64,000 bases of DNA from Yuukianura sp. NJ FZ-2021 (taxonomy: Eukaryota), in contig CM102286.1 in the NCBI GenBank assembly GCA_046563655.1, positions 2,418,001 through 2,482,000 of the forward strand. Reading direction: 5' to 3'. The translations under genes and the position numbers were made by a program. This document shows positions 38,616 through 50,438 of the stretch, in pieces. Each line of letters begins with the position of its first letter. Positions within the stretch are counted from its first letter, which is position 1. The notes beneath the pieces were generated by a model. That model searched no databases, was not told the origin of the DNA, and worked only from the letters and a program-made list of their open reading frames with translations.

Positions 38616-39504
38616 ATGGATCAATACATTTACCCCAAGGAAACTTTGGAAATGATAAAACTTACCGACTGGCCCCACGCTACCTTCTCTCCACCCCTCA
38701 CGATTGAGAAGCCGGGGGAAGGTCTCATCATTCGACCTTTGAAGAGGTCAGATTTTTCCAAAGGTTCGTAGAAATCCAAAAATATCCAGCTATCGTAACT
38801 CATGAGCTGAGCTAAACGTAACTGAGTCTGCGAGTAACAGTTTACATTGTTTGCCAATTCCGCAGGGTTCCCTAAAATTCTGGAGCAAATGACAGTAGTC
38901 GGAGATGTTACAGAGGACCAATTTGTAGGTAAGACGACCAACCTTATTATACAAATACTGTAGAACCAAATGTTTAAAAATCGATATTTCGTTTGTTACA
39001 GAGACATTTGACAAAATGAAATCCGCTGGCGATAGTTACTTCGCTACTGTGATCGAGGACACCAACAGTGGACAAATCATTGGTGCAGCTACCTTACTTG
39101 TAGAACATAAATTTATCCATGACTGTGGAAAGGTATGCATAGCACACCGGTTATCGTGTAATGTATTCAAATATTTAAGTTAACAGCTTACAAACTTGTG
39201 AAATATTTCGCAGCGTGCTAGAATCGAGGACGTCGTTGTAAGCGAAGATTATCGAGGGAAACAGCTTGGAAAACTGTAAATAACTTTCATTAGTACCAAT
39301 TCAATACTCAATCAATCAAAGGACAATTGGAGTTTATTGTATGAATGTATTTAAAGGTTAATTGCAACTTTGGCTGCCCTTGCTAAGCATTTGAAGTGCT
39401 ATAAAATAAGCCTGGACTGTCGTGATGCCATGGTAGGATTCTACAGTAGTCTTGGATTGAAAAGGGAAGAAGGCAATAGTAACTTTATGGTTTTTCGATA
39501 CTGA
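38616..39504 (+). CDS. GNPNAT1: Glucosamine-6-phosphate N-acetyltransferase
   Basis: [81 protein letters not shown]. Confidence 0.94.
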
Positions 39505-39805
39505 TGCTCATCTACTTGGTGCTTCGGAGGTAAATAAATTTGATTAACTTATGTAATAACAATCACGTGCAAGTTAGGTTAAATTATTTATGGCAAAACC
39601 GGAATAACAAAAGACGAATACAAAGTCGAAAGTGCAGAGTCACAGTTCAGTCCACAACTCACAACTTTGCTCAGGACTCTGCTACTGAACTTCGTCACTT
39701 CGAAATCGAAACGATTTCGATTTTTCCGTAACCAGCCGCCGGATTTTGACAATTCTTCACCAAATTGTTGTCAGTTTTATAATGCGAGAGGTGAAAGGTA
39801 AATGT

Positions 39806-42800
39806 TTAAAGATCCAAATTTTTCTTGGCACCTAGCTTCATGGGTCCAGTTTTGGTAACCTTTTTAGCCTCCATTTCACGTTGTCTTTGCAACTTTCTTT
39901 CTTCTCTTCGTTTCTTCAAATCTTCACTTTTTCCAAATGACGACGCAGAGTTCACAGTGGCCGACCCATCGTCTACTGGATTCCAGTCTTCGTTGTTCCA
40001 GTCACTAGTTGCTTTTGACACGGAAGTAGGTGATACTTTAACATTAGTTCCTCCTAGTGTAGCGAAAAAGTCGTCGTGTTGATTACTATTTTGCGAATGC
40101 TGCGGTTTTGATGTAGAATTGGAGCTGCCTCCAGTTCCCCCGAAATTGTGTGATACGCTGGAACTGTCGTCACTCCAACCATCTTTCTCCTAAAAATCAT
40201 CAAATTAGCAATTAAAAATGCATGTAAATGTAACAATCAACAGCTTGTTGTAAGCAATTCTTATATTAAAAGCAGTATTTTTCCTGTATCGTACCACTTC
40301 CCCAATTGGCCAAGTATCCCATCCCTCATTTTTAGTAGAAGTAATAGCAGAAGCTTCGTTTTCTTTTCTGGTGCCAAAGGAACTTGCATTGTTAGTTTTA
40401 TTTTGATCATCTAATGATCCCCAGTCTTCGTTTTCCCACTCATCGTCATAATCTGTAGTGGATTCTTGACCTTCAGCAGTTGGTTGTAAACCTTCTGATG
40501 GACTTGAGGGAATACTGGAAGTAGTAGTTGTAGAAGTACTGCTGCTGGAATGGCCCAAAGGATACCGCGTTCCCTTCGTCCTTACTCCACTGACTCCTGG
40601 TTGTCCAAGTTGACCTAACGAAGACTGCTGTGACTGACTTCGGTTGAATTTGGAAGTTAGTGCTGACACGGCCCATCCAGCCCAAGAAGAAGCTGCATCT
40701 GCTACTGTTGGCGTGCTGGTATCGATTTCAGCTTCTGAAAGACAATAAAAAATTTATGAAAAAAGTACAGCTGAACCTCTCATTACGCAACATTCCGAAA
40801 TATAACTACCGTCGTATTCGTATTTCCATATTTCCAATTTTATAATAACTACTGTATTTCCAATTTTAGCTTACCGTATTTCTCTCGCAGTGAAGGATCT
40901 TCAGAAACTTTTTCGAGTTTTCCTAAAAAGCCCTTGATTGTTCTAAACGCCGTATCACGAACAGTTTTATCTGGATCACATAACAGGCAGCACAATGCCG
41001 GTAACACTCTGGTCGAAATTTCCGAGAGCAAGTAGTACTGCTGTGTGGCAGCAAGAGCCAAAATTCCAGCTGTTTTTGCCTGCGGAAAAGTGTCTTGAAA
41101 TACTCTTGTAAACGCTGGAATAAGAACCTTCCGTCTAGTTTGAGGACTGAGGTAACAAGAAATTTTGCCCAGACAAATCGTCGTGTTCGTCCGAATTCCA
41201 CCCTGCAAGGACAAAAACAAATCAATTCATTGGTCAAAACTCATGTTAAAGATTATTAACTAACCTGTTCATCCTTGATTTGTAGCCTTGCAAAGTGCTT
41301 GAGCAGTTCAACGTTGATGTTATTCTGATTCAGTTTAGGAGCTAAGCATAGCATGGCCTTCACAGTCTGTTCTCTTACGGTTGGATTCGTATCGAGGAAA
41401 CCAGTGATGATATTTGGAAATATTTTTTCGTTTACTGTTGCTGGCAGGAGATGATCAGCAATGTTGTCTAGTTGTTGTAGTAAGCGTACACGAGTTGCTC
41501 GATCCGTCGATGCAAATAGTTTTACAACGCATGGTACAATTTTGAGTTGATACTCTGCTTCATCCAGTAATCTGCCCAACTGCAAGTAAAACAACATCAA
41601 AACTTGTAAAGTGACATGAAAGTTGAAAGTACAGAAGAACCTCTCTTATAGCAACTCAGAGATTTTACGGTACCGGATCGCCAGCGAGTTGCTATACGCG
41701 AGGTTTTTCTGTAAAAGTTTTCTGAAATATTTTCGAGTTACCTTAAACATAGGCGCGAGTACGGCAGATCCAGCATTGCCAAATTCAAAAGCGTTTATAA
41801 GTTGCGGAAGTATTTTGTGTTTACAAATAGCGTCTGGAAACTTGTCCAAAATGGTGGCTAAGCCGTTGAAAAACTTGGTCTTCTCATTCTGTTCCTTCAT
41901 TTGAATTTCTTCTAAAAACAGCAGAGCATCAACAAGGTCATTCTTGAAAAACCCTCCAGGTCTCCGTCCCCGAGCAATAATATCCGCTGGATTAGGACGA
42001 CTCGATGGATTCGCGTTTGTCAGTTCCTGAAATATCGTTTGCAGAGATTTTGGCATTTTGCCTGGAGTCTTGAGTGCAGCAGTGTTGAGCAACGGGCCAT
42101 TAAAAACTTCGTAAATGAGGACCCCTAATCCCCATGCATCCGTTGACCATTTCGTGCCACCACCTCCTCGTCCGCCATTTTTCAATTCTGGTGGATCCAG
42201 AACAGTCAATCTCGTAGGCACTTTGGGCAAGTAGGATGTGCTTTCCGTACCACTCACAAATTCCAGGCCTCCCAATTTCCATTCTCCAGCGGCGTTGACG
42301 AAAACTGAGCCAAGCTGAACGTTGTTGTGTTTCAAGTTGCCATCGTTGACAAGAAAACTTATTCCTCTCTGCAGGTCCAAAGAATAATCATCAAATCAAG
42401 TTAGTCCAAAATTCATTTTATCGACTAATCAGTATAATTTACCGTGATCTGAAACAAACCCCAGGAAACTGATAGGTCAAGGTGAACGTCTTCCTTTGCT
42501 TCCAGATGGCTCTCCAGTGGTTCTGCGAACTCAGTGGCTAGATAGATTCCTTTATCAGCCTAAACCGATTAAATGACACAAAAAGAAGTCAATTTAGGCT
42601 TTGAAAACTCAACATACTGAAAGCAAAGTGACAGCAAGCACTCTACCTCTACGCTGTCCATGAAAGTAAGAATATTTGGATGTCGCATTGTTTTGAGCCT
42701 CTTTGCTCCAGATTTAGCAGCCTCCATTTCGGGGCCAGTGGCTTTCCCGTCAACAATGAAAACGGACACATCGTCACCGGTTCCCTGCAAGACACAGAAC

Positions 42801-43007
42801 CGTAACAACTTCCTTGAACTTGAATACTAGATAGTACTTGTAAGTTCTTATAAATGTTAGTATCATCGTTCCAGTATAATTTATGGGGCTTACCTTTTTC
42901 TTGCCTTTGTGAACTTTCCAGACGATTCTATCCGGATTCGTTGGTATCCCTTCTCCAATTTCGTATGGAAAGTCTTTCACGGGGTCACGGGAGAAAAACG
43001 ACCACAT
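39806..43007 (-). CDS. SCYL1: N-terminal kinase-like protein SCYL1 (pseudokinase plus HEAT repeats)
   Basis: [84 protein letters not shown]-terminal GPMKLGAKK. Confidence 0.95.
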
Positions 43008-43125
43008 TTTGATTCCCGATAGAGCAGTAGTTATCTAAAGCAGAAGTTAAATTTTTACTAAAAATTTAGTACAGCGGAAGCTGACGTGTCTTTTATGTCT
43101 TTTTGCTTACCAACAAACGGAAAGA

Positions 43126-43133
43126 TATCGATA
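43126..43133. promoter_or_regulatory. DRE motif TATCGATA upstream of SCYL1
   Basis: Exact DREF/BEAF-type palindrome about 120 bp upstream of the SCYL1 ATG, typical of arthropod housekeeping promoters. Confidence 0.55.
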
Positions 43134-43751
43134 AAAAAAATTCACACTTTGCTTTTACTAAATGATGACTAATCTGTACTCCGAAAAACACATGTACCAG
43201 GAAGACGTACAAACAAATTTTAATCCAACAGCTACAGCTTCATACGGAATGGCCAAAGCAGATGATAATTGAACAATAAATACTGTTGCAATGAAATTAC
43301 GAATCGTAAAAAGTTCTCCAAATATTCTTTGCAATTGCAAACAATGGGAGTCCCATTATGGGACAGGACAAGTCAATTTTTTTTAAAATTGCTTCGTATA
43401 ATACCCGCGAAACTCAAATTGAAACAAAAACAAATTGACAAATAAAAAAAAATCACAAGGCGCAAGGTTTTTGATGAATTGAGTGTGTGAATTAGTGACA
43501 TTGCGTGCTTCTGGTTTGTGTGTTTCATTTGCACTTTAATGTTAATTAATTAATCATTTGGTCGCTTAGTTAACTCTGCAGAGGGAATTGTGAAATTCCA
43601 TGTAAGTGTCGTAAAAAATACTGTTATCTGCAGCTGATAAGAGTCAGGGACCTCTTGGAAGCCGGGCGATCGGCGATAATGAAATTTGGATAAAACTTTA
43701 GTATTCTGGGTGGTCTCGTTCTCACTCTCGCTTGCTTTGTCTAGAAGACTG

Positions 43752-45038
43752 TATGGGGCTTTAATAACGACACTATTGAAAATATTTTTATTTTTAAAAA
43801 CTTCGTAAATTACGAGGTTGAATATTTCCAACCCCGTAAATTACGAGGTCGAAAAGTTCCAACCTCGCAAATTACGAAGTTGGAAATTTCCAACCTTGTA
43901 AATTACGGAGTTGAAAATTTCCAACCTTGTAAGTTGCGGAGTTGAAAAAGTTCCGGAGTCGGAAAGTGGTGGCCCTTTTACGGAGTCGAGAAAATTCACG
44001 AGGTTGGAAAATGCACTTTACTTGCCTCCTAATTCCGTGGGGAGAAATAGCTCAGAAGAAGACTAGCCCCCGTCCATTGTTGCCACTACGTGTTATAGCA
44101 TAGGAATACTAAACAAAGGGATGAGTTTTGCCAAATTTGCATACATCGATACTATACTGTGGAAACGTTTGGTTGAGGTGAACCGGAATTCCATCCGATG
44201 TAACCACAGAAACAATTCCTCCGTTATGTTACTACAGTTTGTGCTGAGTTGTGCACAATAACCAACGAGAAACTCCGTTGAAGTAAGCTTGGGCTACCAA
44301 ACTGTACCCACCAGTTCAAAATTATGCGCGCTGACAATTTAATCACCAAAAGGTGGCCAACTTAAGTTCAGAGGTTAATCTATTGCCGCTAGATATATGT
44401 AATGCTTACGATGTTGGTGGGTACAATTGTTCTCATCCTATGAGTGAGTACAATGACAGTGCGCATAATTTTGAACTCGTGGGTACAGTCTGGTAGCCCA
44501 AGCTTACTTCAACGGAGTTTCTCGTTGGTTATTGTGCACAACTCAGCACAAACTGTAGTAACATAACGGAGGAATTGTTTCTGTGGTTACATCGGATGGA
44601 ATTCCGGTTCACCTCAACCAAACGTTTCCACAGTATAGTATCGATGTATGCAAATTTGGCAAAACTCATCCCTTTGTTTAGTATTCCTATGCTATAACAC
44701 GTAGTGGCAACAATGGACGGGGGCTAGTCTTCTTCTGAGCTATTTCTCCCCACGGAATTAGGAGGCAAGTAAAGTGCATTTTCCAACCTCGTGAATTTTC
44801 TCGACTCCGTAAAAGGGCCACCACTTTCCGACTCCGGAACTTTTTCAACTCCGCAACTTACAAGGTTGGAAATTTTCAACTCCGTAATTTACAAGGTTGG
44901 AAATTTCCAACTTCGTAATTTGCGAGGTTGGAACTTTTCGACCTCGTAATTTACGGGGTTGGAAATATTCAACCTCGTAATTTACGAAGTTTTTAAAAAT
45001 AAAAATATTTTCAATACTGTCGTTGTTAAAGCCCCATA
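43752..45038. mobile_element. Foldback non-autonomous DNA transposon (IS3EU-like), ~580-bp inverted arms
   Basis: Ends TATGGGGC...GCCCCATA; 6-bp TSD AGACTG (43746-43751, 45039-45044); arms ~43752-44336 and ~44454-45038 almost identical; ~30-bp subterminal repeats. Confidence 0.88.
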
Positions 45039-45111
45039 AGACTGCGTGGCTCCACTAAATTTTGGTTTTAATTCATTGATTTGCAGAAGACTACATATAT
45101 ACTACATCAGA

Positions 45112-46427
45112 ATGTCAATTGCAAGCAAAGTACCGCTACTCCTCAATCTTGTCAGCGAAACGGTCTCCATCGTCAACGGTGCTGGACACATCATTCGAAA
45201 AGTATTACAAAGGGGAGGAAACCTTGGGGCGATTGACAAGGTTAGGTTTTGTTCATTGAATTTTTGAAGTGAATTGAACATTTTCATTTGTTCATTTGAA
45301 TTTTCATTTCATTTGAAGTGAATTGAACACTGAATTTTGCTTGTGTTTTTTGAAATAGGGAGTCAACGACCTTCAAACCACAGCCGACCGAGCAGCGCAA
45401 CTCTACATTGTGTCCAACCTCGCCAAACGATTTCCAAAGGCTTCAATAATTGGAGAAGAATCGGACGAATCCTTGGCTGAGGACAAGGACTTGGAGGGCA
45501 TAATTTCTGCAGCGACGTCGGAGTTAAAATATGTCAACCAATTCCCAGAAATTCTTACTAAAGATGTTTCAAACGAAATCAAGTCCATATCTGAAGATGA
45601 TGTACGTTGTTTGCTTCAAATTCTAAAGAAAATGAGTAACTTAGCTAAAACCTTGATTTTTCTTTCTACAGATCGTGATTTGGGTAGACCCACTCGACGG
45701 TACTGCTGAATTTACTCAAGGTTTGATAGAACACGTCACTGTTCTAGTCGGTATTGCCGTCAACGGATCTCCCGTTGCTGGAGTAATTCATCAACCATTT
45801 TTCCAGACCAGTGGAAGAACAATTTGGGGAATCCCCGGTAATACATTAAAAACTTTGTCATTACTACTATGTTGTCATCATCAAATCACACGCGCGGACT
45901 TCCCATCTCCATCCACTTGACTTTATCACACTAATCTTTTGTAAATCCCTAGGCGTGGGATGTGGCGGGCTTGACTTCCAGAAACCTCCAGCAGGTCAAC
46001 GAATTATTACCACTACTCGGTCACACCCAAGTCCTCGAGTAGAACAAGCCATTAACGCTTTAGCACCAACCGAAGTCCTCCGAATAGGCGGTTCGGGAAG
46101 CAAGGTTCTGCTTATTATTGAAGGAAAAGCGCATGCCTACGTGTACGCTTCGGCCGGTTGTAAAAAGTGGGACACTTGCGGGCCGGAAGCCATTTTGGTA
46201 GCAGCTGGCGGAAAGCTTACTGATATCAATGGAAAATTATACCAATACCATAAAACGGTACGATTCAATGTTATTTCCGAAAGCTTTTTAAAAATCTAAT
46301 CATACTCAGTAACTCTCTTCTTTTAAAAAACACAAAGGTGGAACATCTAAACCGTGACGGAACTTTGGCAACTGGTGCTGGAGAGGATCCAAACTGGTAT
46401 CTGGAGCGAGTTACCCCAAAAAATTAA
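45112..46427 (+). CDS. BPNT1: 3'(2'),5'-bisphosphate nucleotidase 1
   Basis: DLQTTADRAAQ, IIGEE, IWVDPLDGTAEFTQG, VTVLVGIAVNGSPVAGVIHQPF, TTRSH, GGSGSKV, GCKKWDTCGPEAIL. Confidence 0.94.
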
Positions 46428-46560
46428 CAAGCATGACTTCCCAACTTTAAGTTCCAAATGCTTCACGCTACAAAGTCAGTAACTTCCAAATTAAAAATTC
46501 CATACATCGTTTGTTATAACTACTAAAAATGTCTAAATTCGATGCAATTGTTATAAAAAA

Positions 46561-49500
46561 TCATAAAGCTTCAGTAACGAACGCATGGGTAGGCTTTTCT
46601 GAAGAAAGCATATGATTTGCTCTATCAGTTCCTACCAACGATGCTAGACGAGTTGCATCATACTTACAGTAAATTACATTCACGCTGCAATTTTTCCGCT
46701 GTCGGACTCTTCTGTTCTGATATGCTTCCTAGAAAATGACAAGAACAGATCGAAAATTAGTTGTCGTTTTTATTTTTAAATTAAGCAGAATGCTTTTTTA
46801 TGTTTTGGCTGTTGTGTAAAGTTGTGAAAGCTTACTTGCATGAAGTTACAAAGCTCCGAGTAGAAATGAGGATACTGCGGAAGTTGGTAGAAGATGATAT
46901 GCCCAATTCCTTTGAGTCGAAACCGTCTAAAGAAATGAGCACGTTCAGTGTACAGCATGAACTTATTTTTTCCATGGAAGAACAAATCCCTTGCCCTCGC
47001 AATTTTCTTGTCCTGTACACCACAAATATAAAGCACTTTAGCATTTTTTGAAAAAAATTTTCAACGTTTTTTTTTTTTTTTTGCAAGTTCGCCTTACCTT
47101 TGTGTATTCACAAATCTGCACAAAGTTCTGTTCGTCCTTTCGAAAGTAGTTTCGAAGTCGGACAAAATCGAAATACGATGAGACGAAAATCAGCGTATGG
47201 CTCATCAGTTTTCCTTTGAAATTCGGCAGAACTTTCTTTACAAAGTGTTCGAATCGCGCATCATTTGCCTCTGCTATGCTGTTACAGTCGAATTGTTGAA
47301 AAATCTAGAATCATAAAAATTCACTTAAGATTGGACTTCGGCAAAAAGAAAATGCTGAAAAAATTTTTGGTTGTTTACCTGTGGCAGTTGAATATTAATT
47401 TGCGAAACGTAAGAAGTCAGAATCGGATTAATAATTTTAGCCACTCCAGCATAGTTCCGAGCATATCGAGTAAAGAAGGCTAAATGCTCTGGACAGATCA
47501 CAGAACTAAACATTAGTCTTTGACAGTACATTTTCGTGAGGTTGTCTAAAGCCCACGGTCGTATCCTAGCAAAATCTGTTCCATGAGTTGTAATTGGTTG
47601 AAGGTGAAGATGGCGTACAAGGTGAAGGAAGTGGTCCCAATTTTGCATCAAAAAGACATCAGCTTGGTCCATAACTATCACTTCGATTGACGACAGAAAA
47701 TCATAGTCTCGGTCTCTGGAACAAGGAAGCATTAAGGAATTAATTATAATTAAAAAGTTCAGTTTAGATTAATCAGTAATTAAACTTACTTTTCACCCTC
47801 AGCTCCAACCAATAAGCGTAATCCTAAAGGAGACGCTATGATCACATCAGAAGCGTAGAAACCAGTGTAGAGCTGCAAAAAATGGTGTTCGTTAAGTATG
47901 AGGTTTAAATTGTAATTTTCTTAACTTATCTGAAGTTTATGAGTTAAAGTTAGTGTAAATTACCTTAATACTTTTCTTAGTTATTGCTAAACCAATTTTG
48001 AAATTGTCATCGACGTTTCCCGAGAACATGGCCATGTAGTCATCCGGTTTTGGATTCGTTTTGGGAAGGAACAACGTCTCTCCACTGTACTCATCAACGA
48101 ATCGCTTTTTGTTCTGAACGTTCCCTTTCTCCTCAATCAGTACCAACGAAAGAAGCGTTTTGACTATCCTAAAAGTTTTTCCAAAACACACATCATAAAA
48201 ATTGCGATCAAGTTATGGCTTCAGCTTAACGTCAGATTTCTTTTTTTTTAGCAAACCTGAGAGCAGTTTCCTTGAAAGGCGTGAGAATAAGAACTTTCGG
48301 TCTAACGAATCCTTGATCTCTGTATTCCTCTGGAACGTCAAGTTTGTTCTTCATCTTCGAGTTGTGGTGGACAATTCGCGCCCTCGTTTTTAGAATGTGA
48401 TTGGCCACGTGAATACAGTATGCCTACGAAAAATCTTAAGATTAGTTATTGGAACAACAAAAAATACTTTCAGTATTTCAGCAGTATTAAAGACAGTAAA
48501 ACATGCATAAACCAATTGATAAAAACTTGAGACACACGTATGTATTCACTTACAGTGCGAACTTCATCTTCGTTAGTCGAATTCCTCTGGGGGAAGTAGA
48601 TGTCGTTGTAAGCAGTCGCCAGCAATAAAAGCTCTTGCTGAAGCGGTGATAGCGGATCAGAACTCCCCAAACGATCCATTGTCTTCTGAAATTGATAGAA
48701 GACGCAGAATGAAAACTTAACGTTATGTCAGCACTGTAATGTAGAATGTAAAATTTACGTTGTGAATGTTTCAATTTACCTGATTGACGATGGGAATTGT
48801 TTTGTGCAACTGAGCCTTGAGGTAAAGAGACTCCAGTGTTGGGTGGCCTGGGTTGCTCGGTGGACAACTGGGCGGCTTAGAAATTAGTTTGGTATCACTT
48901 AGAGAAAATTGTGTTTGTGTTCCTTCTTCAGCCCGTTTATCGGCGTCTGCAGCACTCCGAAGTCCTGTGTACTGAACGTTTTCTAGAACGGGCCAGTGGA
49001 TTTTGACACGGTTCTCGAAAGGTTTGTTTCCGTTGAGTAGTGATTGCAAAGTCGGCGAAAGTTCCCTTTGGAAGTGAGTGATGAAGGGGTCCAAGGTCAA
49101 CGGGTTATCCTGTAAAAAAAGGCTCAAATTAATCACAATGAATACATAATCGCTAAAAACGTTAATTAGATGTCAAATTAAGTAGGCTATTACGTCCTCA
49201 TTCTCTGAATCCGAATCCGCGTCATCAATAACCGTTTCGTCTGGAATTGCCACTTCCTCAGTTTCTATTTCAGGTTCTTCCCTTTGGCCATCAACATCTT
49301 CGTCACTTCCTGGCTGACCTTCGTCATTGTCGTCCTTAAACTTGGATTCAGATTCTCCATCTTTTTCGTCCTCGTCGTCTTCATCTCCACTACCATTCTC
49401 AGAATCCACGTCTGCGTCTTCGGATTCTTCGCTTTCGCTAACGATTTGTACAGGGGCCTTTCCCTTCCGTCCTGTGAAAATAGACAACAGCTCGTCATAA

Positions 49501-49817
49501 GGAGTAGACTCCTCCTCTTCGCTGCCCTCGTCATCGGAGTCACCAGACGATTCCGATTGTTGACGCTTGAACCGGCCGCTCAGTGTTTTAACATCATCTT
49601 CGCTTTTGAATTTCTTCGCAGGATTTTTAAAGGCTTCCATGGCATCTGCAGGGTGAGATTCTCCAAACTGTCGTAAGTGGGCGGTGTCTTTACGTGACAA
49701 TGACTGCATACCTCCAGTACCTTTGTTGCGTCCGTGTCCACCACGACAACGACCTCGAAAACTTGACCTTCCACATCGTCCTCTTCCACGGCCTCGTCCG
49801 CCTCCGCCACGTCCCAT
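46561..49817 (-). CDS. UTP25: U3 snoRNA-associated protein 25 / digestive organ expansion factor
   Basis: RG-rich and acidic N-terminus, [81 protein letters not shown]. Confidence 0.93.
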
Positions 49818-50438
49818 TTCTAATCAAAACACAAAAATAGCCACTTGCTATAGTACCTCCGCTTTCCTTATGAATTCTGGCACCCAATTGGGAATTTAAA
49901 AACTAAATTTTTAATTACTAATTAACTTTGCTTTTTGTAACAATTTACTGTTTACTTGCGTTAAATGTCAACACAGAAAGCACATGTTCGAATTTACGAA
50001 TTTTGGACTAACAGTTCCGCCGTCACCTGTCTACCTTTTACAACAGGTATGGGCAAATGTCAGAATTCAAAATACGATAGCCGTTAATTAGGAATAAGTT
50101 ATGTATAGTTTAGTTTTTAATAATAGTTTAATAATAAATTATTATAATTAAAAAATCTATAATATAAAACGCATTTTTTTGATAACTGTAAACGGTGCAA
50201 CAAAACATCGCACGAGTCACTCATTAATAGAACAAGTTTTTGACATACTATTTAAATTAATAACTAGGTTTTAATTACTGAGTATTACTGGTAATTTAGT
50301 TAAATAATTGAATTAATAAATATAAATATAATTAAAACTCATTTTGTACTAAAATTTAAGTTAATTTGCAAATTAAAAGTAACATCGTGAACAAAACCTA
50401 GCGCGAATTTTTTCCACTTCAGTCAGAAGTCACAAGTG

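Noticed and set aside
43752..45038. Palindrome as an assembly or amplification chimera
   Set aside because: An exact flanking 6-bp TSD, a unique spacer and a few arm mismatches favour a genuine element, although read-level confirmation is still needed.
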